Source of the DNA: Trueperaceae bacterium
GTDB lineage: Bacteria > Deinococcota > Deinococci > Deinococcales > Trueperaceae
Reading direction: 5' to 3'
NCBI GenBank assembly: GCA_965213645.1
Contig: CBDBZX010000010.1
Span: 93,712-157,711 of the forward strand
Length of the DNA: 64,000 bases
The notes below the pieces were generated by a model. The model was not told the DNA's origin. It was given only the letters and a program-made list of their open reading frames with translations, and searched no databases. This document shows, piece after piece, positions 25,097 to 33,449 of the stretch (positions are counted from its first letter, which is position 1; the number at the start of each line of letters is the position of its first letter). A program made the position numbers and the translations under genes.

Positions 25097-25135
25097 GACC
25101 TCTGCAAACGACCTCTGCAAACGACCTCTGCAAAC
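25097..25135 (+). repeat. Perfect 13-nt x3 tandem repeat (gacctctgcaaac) upstream of the GH4 gene
   Basis: Read directly: 25097-25109, 25110-25122, 25123-25135. Confidence 0.95.
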
Positions 25136-25252
25136 GCTGAGCATATCCACTAGAGCGAACGTCGCACTACCAGAAGCCCTTCCCCTCGAGCTTGAAGTAA
25201 AATCGAACTATTTATGGCAGCAGGGACACACTAATTATATCAGGAGGCATCT

Positions 25253-26553
25253 ATCGCACGTATCAAATGGGCTTATATCGGCGGCGGCAGCACCCGCGCG
25301 CCGGGGACGATGGCGGCGTTTATCCAGCAGGGGAGGCGCTTCGCCGGGTCCGAGGTGGTGCTCGTGGACCTGGACGAGGGTCGCTTGGAGCTGGTCGCGG
25401 CGCTCACGCGGCGCATGGCCGAGACGCAAGGGCTGGACCTCACCGTAAGCTGCACAACTGAGCGCAGGACGGCTCTGGCGGACTGCGACGCGGTGCTCTC
25501 CTCGTTTAGACCCGGCGGCTTTGGGGCGCGGCATTTGGACGAAGCCATCCCCTTAGAGCACGGCGTCATCGGGCAGGAGACCCAGGGACCGGGTGGGCTC
25601 TTCATGGCGCTGCGGGCGATGCCCGTCATCAAAGCGCTGGTCGCCGAGATGGAAGAGGTCTGCCCGGACGCACGCCTGCTCAACTACACGAACCCCGTGA
25701 ACGTGGTCGCGGACGCGGTAACGCGGCACAGCCCTATCCAGACCATTTCGCTGTGCGAGGGTCCCATCGTCTTCCCGCAAGAGTTAGCGGTGATGGCGGA
25801 TTTAGAGCCCGCTAAGCTCGATACCGTAATGCTAGGTCTTAACCACGCCTGCTGGAGCGTGCGGCATCTCTATAACGGCGAGGACCTCATCCCACTCGTT
25901 CGGGACGCTTTTGAACGTAAGAAGAATGACCCAAACACCGACCCGAAAGCCCTGCGGATGCTGCACCTCGCCTCGGTCATGGGGAGCATTCCGGCGGCCT
26001 ACTTCCAGTACTACTACTTCAAAGACGAGGTGCTGCGCGAGCTGCAGGCGAAGCCGACCACGCGGGCGCAGGACATCATGGCGGAGGTGGAGGGCTACTG
26101 GCGGCACTACCGCGAGCAGCTCCAAGCGGACGCGCCGAGGCTCGACCCGAAACGCTCGAGGGGCGGTATCTTCGAGCTCGAGCTGGCCTTCGACGTGATG
26201 AACGCGGTTTTCAACGAGCTGAGAGGAGGTCTGGACGCTGAACGTGCCGAACCGGGGCGCACTCCCTGACCTCCCGGACGACCTGGTGGTGGAAGTGCCC
26301 ACTATAGTGACTAAACACGGGGCGACGCCCTTAGCGGCGGGCCGCCTGCCGGGACCCGTGCGCGGTCTTGTCCTGGCGCTCGGCGAATATCAGCGCCTCG
26401 CGGCGGACGCGGCCTGGAGCGGGCGGTAAACTGGAGGCGGTGCAGGCCCTGACCAGCCACCCGCTGGTGCTGTCTTTACCCCTAGCCGAACGGCTCTACG
26501 GCGAGATGGCTCACGCTCAGCGGGCTTGGCTGCCGCAGCGCTATCTCTCATGA
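25253..26553 (+). pseudogene. GH4 glycoside hydrolase (6-phospho-glucosidase-like) lacking a canonical start codon and carrying two +1 frame changes
   Basis: The Rossmann motif KWAYIGGGSTR lies upstream of the first ATG (25310). NYTNP, SLCEGP and GLNHACW are present. The frame changes near 26225-26235 (…FNEL / VWTLNVPNRGALPDLPDDLVVEVP) and near 26415-26425 (…AADAAWS / GKLEAVQALTSHPLV). Confidence 0.7.
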
Positions 26554-27257
26554 ACCTGATCGTCGAGGCGGACCACGAAGCGATGAGCGAGCGAGCCGCC
26601 GATCTTATCGCCGCCGCAATCCGCGAGGAGCCCACCCTGAGCGTACTCGTGGCGACGGGTAACACGCCGCTACGGACCTACGAGAAACTCGTCCAGCAGC
26701 GCGGGGCAGGTCTGGAGACGCGCCACCTCACCGCCCTGCAACTCGACGAGTACGTCGGTGTGGGCGAGGACGATCCACGCTCGCTCTACGGCTGGATGCG
26801 TGAGGCGTTCGTGGAGCCGCTAGGCATAACTCAGGTGGTGCGGCTGCGCGGCGACGCCGAGGACGTAGGGGCGGCCTGCCGCGCCTACGACGAGGCGGTG
26901 CGGAAGCACAGTGGCGTCGACCTCGCCGTGTTGGGCCTCGGGCCGAACGGCCACCTAGGGTTCAACGAGCCGCCCTCCGGCGCTGACGCCCCGACCCGCC
27001 GAGTGACCCTTTCCGAAGCGAGCCTAGAGAGTAACGCAGCCTACTGGCAGGGTGAGGTCCCGCGCTTCGCACTCACCTGCGGCATGTCCACCCTGCTCGC
27101 TGCTAAAAAAATCCTGCTCCTCGTCTCAGGTGCACACAAACACGCCGCGTTGCGGCGTACCTTGGAGGGGCCGGTCACGCCCGAGCTGCCCGCGTCCTAT
27201 TTGCGCGGTCGGGAGGATGTCACCGTCGTCACCGACCGCGCCGCTTGGCCCTCATAA
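26550..27257 (+). CDS. nagB: Glucosamine-6-phosphate deaminase (NagB family)
   Basis: ATGA overlap with the GH4 stop. VATGNTP, LDEYVGV, GLGPNGHLGFNEP. Confidence 0.7.
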   Translation: MNLIVEADHEAMSERAADLIAAAIREEPTLSVLVATGNTPLRTYEKLVQQRGAGLETRHLTALQLDEYVGVGEDDPRSLYGWMREAFVEPLGITQVVRLRGDAEDVGAACRAYDEAVRKHSGVDLAVLGLGPNGHLGFNEPPSGADAPTRRVTLSEASLESNAAYWQGEVPRFALTCGMSTLLAAKKILLLVSGAHKHAALRRTLEGPVTPELPASYLRGREDVTVVTDRAAWPS

Positions 27258-27258
27258 A

Positions 27259-28251
27259 GTGCGACCTTTCGTCATAGGTGTCGACGCAGGGAACACCAAA
27301 ACGGTTGCGTTAGTCGCCTCCACCGAAGGGCAGGTGCTCGGCTGGGGACGCGCCGGGGCCGGGGACATCTACGGCTCGGAAGAGGGGGCCGTGCGGGAGG
27401 TGCGTCATGCGGTAGACACCGCGCTGGAGCGCGCGGCGCTCGATCTTGCCGACATCGGTTCTAGCTGCTTCAGTCTGGTCGGCGTGGACTGGCCCGAAGA
27501 CTTCGCTTTTTGGCGGCGCGAACTCGCGACCTGGGGCTTTGCCCACCCGCCCGAGGTCGTCAACGACGCGCTTGGGGCCCTCCGCAGCGGCTCACCTCAG
27601 CCTTTCGGCGTGGTCGTCGCCTGCGGCACGGGCGCAGCGGTCGGGGCGCAGGGCGTGGCGGGCGAGAGGTGGCACTCGTCGTTCTGGCAGCTTACAGGCG
27701 GCGGCTTCGAGCTGGGCGAGCGCACCCTGCGCGCGGTCTACCTCAGCGAGTTGGGCCTCCTGCCGCCGACGAGTCTGACGACGCGGGTGCTAGCGCACTT
27801 TGATCTGGACACAGCCGAGGTCCTTCTGCACGCCTTCACCTCGAGGGGAGGGCCGCGTCCGGGTCGCCCGAGCGAGCTGGCCCCGCTACTCCTGGACGAG
27901 GCGGCGCACGACCCTGTAGCCCGGAATATCGCGGCGGAGCACGGCGCGGCGCTCGGCGACTACGCCTTGGTCGCGACCCGAAAGGTCGCCCTGGAGGGCC
28001 GCTTCCCGCTCGTCCTCACCGGGGGCGTCTTCCGCCACCCCTCCGCCGTACTCCGGGACGCCCTGGCCGGATGTGTACGGTCTAAGCGACCCGAAGCCGA
28101 AATCGTCCGCGCGCCTGCTGAGCCCGTTATCGGCGCAGCTCTGCTGGCGCTCGAGGCTCTAAACGCCGTAACGCCGGAGGTGCGACAAGCGCTACACGAT
28201 ACAGCGCCGCCTCAGACCTTCTTCGCGACCGCCGCGCCGGAGCTTGCGTGA
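27259..28251 (+). CDS. BadF/BadG/BcrA/BcrD-type ATPase (N-acetylglucosamine kinase-like)
   Basis: A GTG start 2 nt after the nagB stop gives MRPFVIGVDAGNTKT.... ACGTGAA and LTGGVF motifs. The track ORF from 27052 overlaps nagB out of frame. Confidence 0.65.
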   Translation: MRPFVIGVDAGNTKTVALVASTEGQVLGWGRAGAGDIYGSEEGAVREVRHAVDTALERAALDLADIGSSCFSLVGVDWPEDFAFWRRELATWGFAHPPEVVNDALGALRSGSPQPFGVVVACGTGAAVGAQGVAGERWHSSFWQLTGGGFELGERTLRAVYLSELGLLPPTSLTTRVLAHFDLDTAEVLLHAFTSRGGPRPGRPSELAPLLLDEAAHDPVARNIAAEHGAALGDYALVATRKVALEGRFPLVLTGGVFRHPSAVLRDALAGCVRSKRPEAEIVRAPAEPVIGAALLALEALNAVTPEVRQALHDTAPPQTFFATAAPELA

Positions 28252-28731
28252 GCGCGGGCGCTGAGTCACCGGCCACCCGCGCTCGTAGGAGGCTTCAGTG
28301 AACGTGTAGGGGAACAGGTCTAATGATGGTTCTCGTGACGCCGCAACGCAGAGCAGGGCTTAGCAAAAAGTTACTATGCTTATTTTTTCAGACCGAAGCA
28401 CGTATTAGCAGGTACACCCTTGCGGGTACTGTAGTCATCTGATCAGAGTGCGCGAAGCGGTGCCCCCTTTCGGGGATGAACGACGAAGCAACACTCTCAC
28501 CCCAAAGAATATCGTCTAGCACGCACATTGTGAGATGATATCTGCGCTCATCTGTCTCAGTGTATCGTGGAAGTGCTATATAAACCTTCTGCGAGAGACG
28601 CGCGTGTCTCTCGCACAGCGAACCAGCGAACCGCTATCCTCGAGATGACTGTAGGACATCCTCCAGCGACAGAGTTGACACCGCCGTAATCTAAAAACGC
28701 ACCATTTTGTGTGTATCCGAAGTTTGATTTG

Positions 28732-28782
28732 CGTCTCTCGCGACATCATGTCGCTACATATACGAAAACGTGGTACACCGCC
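28732..28782 (+). repeat. 51-nt conserved intergenic element, copy B, ending 38 nt upstream of the SDR start
   Basis: cgtctctc...cgctac...aaacgtggtacaccgcc, as at 7644-7694. Confidence 0.7.
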
Positions 28783-28820
28783 GTAAGCTCGGTTAACTGT
28801 CATCATCGGAGGGGAAATTT

Positions 28821-29591
28821 ATGAGCAAGCTAGAGGCCAAAGTCGCCGTCATCACCGGCTCGGACTCAGGGATAGGGCGAGCCACTGCGGTTGCGTTCGC
28901 GCGTGAGGGCGCAGATGTCGCTATCGATTATCTGGAAGATCAAGAAGGAGCAGAGGAGACAAAACGCCAGGTCGAGGAGGCCGGCAGGAAGGCAGTGGTC
29001 GTCCAGACCGACGTGCGCGACCCCGAACAGGTGGCGCGCTTCTTCGAGCGGGCGCAAGAGTTGGGCACGCCCTACGTGCTGGTGAACAACGCGGGCGCGT
29101 CGGCGGACGCTCCTGTAGCCGAGCTGCCCCTGGAAGATTGGGACAAGGTCTTAAAGACCAACCTCTACGGCCCCTTCCTCTGCTGCCAGCACTTTATACG
29201 CTTGCGCAAAGCGGCAGGGGGCGGGGGAAAGATCATCAACCTCACCTCGGTGCACCAGGAGTTGCCGACGCCGGGTGGCGCAGCCTACGACGCCTCGAAA
29301 GGCGGCTTACGCAATCTCACGCGGGTGCTGGCGTTGGAACTCGCACCGCATAAGATCAACGTCAACAACCTCGCGCCGGGCATGGTGCTCACACCTTTTA
29401 ACCAGGAGGCCCTAGAGGACGAGGAGGCCCGCAAGGAGAGCACCCAGAACATCCCCTGGCAGCGCGCGGCCGAGCCTTGGGAGGTGGCGGCCTTAGCGCT
29501 CTACCTCGCCTCCGAGGAGGCCGACTTCGTCACCGGGCAGACCTTTACGATCGACGGTGGGCAGTCCGTCAACATCGGTCAGGGCGTGTGA
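28821..29591 (+). CDS. Short-chain dehydrogenase/reductase (glucose-1-dehydrogenase-like)
   Basis: VITGSDSGIGRA, NNAG, YDASKGG. Confidence 0.85.
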   Translation: MSKLEAKVAVITGSDSGIGRATAVAFAREGADVAIDYLEDQEGAEETKRQVEEAGRKAVVVQTDVRDPEQVARFFERAQELGTPYVLVNNAGASADAPVAELPLEDWDKVLKTNLYGPFLCCQHFIRLRKAAGGGGKIINLTSVHQELPTPGGAAYDASKGGLRNLTRVLALELAPHKINVNNLAPGMVLTPFNQEALEDEEARKESTQNIPWQRAAEPWEVAALALYLASEEADFVTGQTFTIDGGQSVNIGQGV

Positions 29592-29636
29592 GGAGGGTAA
29601 AGCGAGCGGTTTCGCATAGCCTTCTTATACGAAGTT

Positions 29637-29664
29637 GCATGACTTTGTTTTGCCAAAGTCATGC
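29637..29664 (+). terminator. Perfect 11-bp hairpin 46 nt after the SDR stop (possible terminator; no U-tract)
   Basis: gcatgactttg ttttgc caaagtcatgc. Confidence 0.35.
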
Positions 29665-29853
29665 CCATCTGCGGTGGTAAGTTTAGACGCTCTCAGTAAG
29701 GATAAGTAAGCTACGCAACTCCGTATTAGTGTTCTAGTCGTTGACGTGAAAGGTAGTTAAAGCTCAAGAGGTCGCCGCTGGGGGTGGTAAGGGCGGGTGA
29801 CTCGATTTTTGTCAGTAGTTGGTGCAATCCTTCACCCTCTGTTAAACTCGCTT

Positions 29854-32800
29854 GTGCGCCTCTCCTCTCTTACGCTGCAAGGCTTCAAGAGCTTCGCGAA
29901 TAAAACAACCCTGGAGTTCACCCCCGGTATCACTGCGATCGTCGGGCCGAACGGCTCGGGGAAGTCCAATGTGATTGACGCGCTGCGCTGGGCTTCGGGG
30001 GGCGGCAGGGCGAGCGAGTTTCGCGCGGAGGGCAAGACCGACCTCATCTTTCATGGGGCAGCGGGAGGGCGCAGCTTAGGCTACGCGGAGGTCGCCGTCG
30101 AAGTTGAGCGCTCAGGGGGAAGCGTGCACGTGTCGCGGAGCCTCTTTCGCGACGGGCAGACCAAGCTCAGGTTGGGCGGCAAGAACGCGCGGTTTCTGGA
30201 CGTGGAGGAGGCGCTCTCGGGGAGCGGGCTGGCGCGGGGTGGGCTATCCATCATCGGGCAGGGCGAGGTCTCGCAGGTGTTGATGGCGGACCCGCCAACG
30301 CTGCTCGCCTACGTTGAGGAGGCGGCGGGCGTGGCGAAGCTGACCTCGAGGCGCGAACAAACCCTCTCTCGCTTGGAGAGTGCTAAGGAACATTTAGAGC
30401 GCTTAGAAGACGTGATGGGCGAGTTGCGCCGTCAGCTCGAAACGCTGGAGAAAGAGGCGGAAGAGGCGCAGCGGAGCGCGGCGCTGAGCCGCGAACAGCT
30501 CTCGCTACGCTACACGCTTGCGCAGCGCCGCGTGGAGAGCCTGCAGCGGGAGACGACGGAATTGGAGGCGCGGCGGCAAAACGTGGCGGCGGGTCTGGCG
30601 CACGGCAAGGTGCAACTCGAGGGCGCGAGAGATACGTGGCAGCGCTCACGTGAGGTGCTCGCCGAGGCCGAAGAGGTCTACCGCCGCGCTACGCAAGAGG
30701 CGGAAGCGCGGCGCGGGGACCTGCGTGTGGCGCGGGAGCGCTCGGCGGCGGCGCGTTCAAAACGCGAGGGCTTAGCACGTGAGGAGCGCGGAGTCGCGGA
30801 GGAACTGATCGCTCTTACCCAGGCCGAAGCGCCGCCGCCACCAGGGGGCGACCCCGAAGCGTTAGCGCGTGAGCTAGCAGCGCAAGACGCTGACCTCACG
30901 GTGAAGCGGGCAGCGTTGGGGAAGCTGGAGGCTCACCTCCACACCCTCACGCAAACGCTGGAGCGCGCCCGCCGTGCGGCCTTTGCGCAAGCGCAAGCCG
31001 TAGAGCGCTACGACGTGCAAAAAAAGAGCTTGGAAGCGCAACTCAGCGAAGTCACGGAGCGCTTGGCGGGACTGGAAACGGGTGTTGACACAGGCTTAGA
31101 AGGAGAGGTCGCGCAAGCACAAGCCGCCGCTGACGAAGGGGAGGCGCATGTGCAAACGCTACAAGAACGCCTCGCCGCGCTGCAAAATGCCCATGCTAAC
31201 GCCCACGCCGAAGCGCAGGCGCGGCAGCGTGCGTTTGAGCGCAGCAGAGCAGCCTTCGACGCGCGGCGCGGCTACGCGCAAGGTCCGAAAAATGCGCTCA
31301 CGTCGGGTGTTCCCGGCGTGGTCGGCTCCGTCGCCGACCTCTTGCGTGTGAGCGCTGAGTATCAAACCGCGCTGAGTTGCGCCCTCGGGCGACGCGCCGA
31401 GAACGTCGTGGTCGAATCCGCCGAGGTCGCGCAGCAAGTTCTGGCGCACGTGCGGCGCTCTGGCGGTTGGGTCACGCTCTTACCGCTCGACCTCGTAAAA
31501 GGGCGGCAGGGCTACCTCGCGGACGAGTTGCGCCGTGAGCCGAGCGTGATCGGCCTCTGCGCCGAGTTGGTCGAAACGGACGCACGTTACACGGGAATTG
31601 TGAACCAACTGCTCGGCGCAACCGCGCTCGTCACCTCTCTGGACGACGCTGTGGCCCTCGCCCGCCGCTACGCGAAGAGGCCGCGCTTGGTAACGCTGCA
31701 AGGTGACGTGATAGAGGCGTATGGCGGGATGACGGGCGGACGTCCGCAGGGGAGCGGGGCGGTGCTCGGTTTGGCGGCGGACTTAGACGAGGCTGAGGTC
31801 GCGGCTAGGGACGCCGAACGAGAAGCCGCCGCGCAGAGTGGCGCGGTCGGGCGCTTACAAGGAGAGGTCAAGGAGGTGGTGGAGGCGCGGCGTACCCAAA
31901 GAGATACATTGGAACGCGCGTCTCAAGCGTTGCGCTCAGCGCGGGAGCGAGCAGCGGCGCAGGCGTCGCTCGAGAGCGAGTTGGCGCGGCAGCGGCTCGA
32001 GCTGACCACCCGCCTAGCCGACCTCGTCCCCCCCGAGTCGCCCGCAGAAACGGCGCAAGAGGTCACGGCATTAGAGGCCCGAGTCAGTGACAAACAAGTT
32101 GAACTTGCCGCGTTACAGCGAGAGGTTCGCGCGTCTGAAGGGGTAAGAGGGGAGACCGCGCAAACGCTCACGCTCCTCGGTGAGCGGCGCAAGGATTTTG
32201 AGCGAGCGTTGGAGCGCTTTCAAGCGGGACAAGCGCGGCTGGCGCAGGTGCAAGTCAGAGCCGAAACCTTGCAGCGGGAATTAGCGGGGGCTACAGAGGC
32301 CGAGCAAGCGGCCTTTCTCAGCGCTCGAGAAGCCGAAGCCCGTGTGCCGCAAAATCTGGACGCGCACGAAAAGGCGCTCTCGGAGGCTCGAGAACGTGCC
32401 CGGAGTGCCGAAGAAGCGTTAGGCGATCTGACCCAGCGTCAAGCGGAGCGGGGTGCGTCGCTCGAAGAGGTCAAGCTGACCTTGGCGCGGCGCGAGACGG
32501 CGGCGGAGGTAGCGCAGGAGGAGCGTGCGAGCTTTCCTGAAGGTGTCGAAGTGCTAGAAGGCGGCCTCAAAACGTTGCGCGACAGGCTGACGAGCGTCAC
32601 CCAAACCCTAGAAACTTTGGGCCCCGTCAACCACCGCGCCGCCCACGAAGCCCACGTCCAGCGCGAACGCTGGGAGAACTTGATTGCGCAGTCGAACGAG
32701 GCGAGCCTCGCCGCCACCGAACTCACCACCGTCTTGACCGACATCGAAAGCACCGTCCACACCCGCCTCAGCGCCGCGCTTCAGCAGCTCAAAGCGAAGT

Positions 32801-33240
32801 TCGCGGCGCACATCACGCAACTTTTTGGCGCGGGCGCAGAGGCCAGCATCGACACGATGACCGAAGAAGGCAGGCCCTCCGGCCTCAAAATCAGCCTGCA
32901 ACCGCCCGGCAAGCGGACCCGCTCGCTGAACCTCCTATCGGTAGGCGAGAGGACGATGGGCGCGGTGGCCTTTCTCTTCGCGCTGATGAGCGGTGAAGGC
33001 GAGACAGGACTGCCCATCGCCGTTTTAGATGAGGTAGACGCGCCCTTAGACGAAGCCAACATCCGCCGCTTCTGCGCCTTTTTAGAGCAGCTCGCGGCGC
33101 AAGGTACGCAGTTCGTCCTCATCACGCATCAAAAAGCGACGATGGAGGTGGCGAGTACGCTTTGGGGCGTAACGACGGAGCGCGGGGTGAGCCGGGTGTT
33201 CAGTATCAGCCGGGCGGAGGCCGAAGAGGTCGCGCTTTAG
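29854..33240 (+). CDS. smc: Chromosome segregation protein SMC
   Basis: The start at GTG 29854 gives VRLSSLTLQGFKSF...GPNGSGKSN. Long coiled coils and a hinge. C-terminal LSVGERTM...LDEVDAPLD. The track ORF begins at 29797. Confidence 0.9.
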   Translation: MRLSSLTLQGFKSFANKTTLEFTPGITAIVGPNGSGKSNVIDALRWASGGGRASEFRAEGKTDLIFHGAAGGRSLGYAEVAVEVERSGGSVHVSRSLFRDGQTKLRLGGKNARFLDVEEALSGSGLARGGLSIIGQGEVSQVLMADPPTLLAYVEEAAGVAKLTSRREQTLSRLESAKEHLERLEDVMGELRRQLETLEKEAEEAQRSAALSREQLSLRYTLAQRRVESLQRETTELEARRQNVAAGLAHGKVQLEGARDTWQRSREVLAEAEEVYRRATQEAEARRGDLRVARERSAAARSKREGLAREERGVAEELIALTQAEAPPPPGGDPEALARELAAQDADLTVKRAALGKLEAHLHTLTQTLERARRAAFAQAQAVERYDVQKKSLEAQLSEVTERLAGLETGVDTGLEGEVAQAQAAADEGEAHVQTLQERLAALQNAHANAHAEAQARQRAFERSRAAFDARRGYAQGPKNALTSGVPGVVGSVADLLRVSAEYQTALSCALGRRAENVVVESAEVAQQVLAHVRRSGGWVTLLPLDLVKGRQGYLADELRREPSVIGLCAELVETDARYTGIVNQLLGATALVTSLDDAVALARRYAKRPRLVTLQGDVIEAYGGMTGGRPQGSGAVLGLAADLDEAEVAARDAEREAAAQSGAVGRLQGEVKEVVEARRTQRDTLERASQALRSARERAAAQASLESELARQRLELTTRLADLVPPESPAETAQEVTALEARVSDKQVELAALQREVRASEGVRGETAQTLTLLGERRKDFERALERFQAGQARLAQVQVRAETLQRELAGATEAEQAAFLSAREAEARVPQNLDAHEKALSEARERARSAEEALGDLTQRQAERGASLEEVKLTLARRETAAEVAQEERASFPEGVEVLEGGLKTLRDRLTSVTQTLETLGPVNHRAAHEAHVQRERWENLIAQSNEASLAATELTTVLTDIESTVHTRLSAALQQLKAKFAAHITQLFGAGAEASIDTMTEEGRPSGLKISLQPPGKRTRSLNLLSVGERTMGAVAFLFALMSGEGETGLPIAVLDEVDAPLDEANIRRFCAFLEQLAAQGTQFVLITHQKATMEVASTLWGVTTERGVSRVFSISRAEAEEVAL

Positions 33241-33449
33241 GCGATGGGACCTGAACCTCGGGTTCTCAGGTTTCGTCTCAGTAATATTGCTAGACCACAG
33301 TAGAAAAGCCGTAGAAAGAGGCAAATGCAGTAGGGGTAATTCATACAGTGATGTATAGAGGTGCCCCTACGCCGCGTACTCCCTCATTAGGGAAGATAAT
33401 TGTGCGAAATTCAAAGAGGTTGAGCAATATTTTGGAAGGGCCAAACGCA

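Noticed and set aside
25097-25135. CRISPR array (considered for this tandem repeat and for the 53518/53578 direct repeats)
   Set aside because: The repeats are contiguous (13-mers) or number only two, with a 32-nt spacer that belongs to a hairpin element. There is no repeat-spacer periodicity and no cas genes.
28576-28806. 76-aa minus-strand ORF in the gap upstream of the SDR gene
   Set aside because: It has no RBS or motif support, it overlaps the conserved 51-nt element, and its composition looks non-coding.
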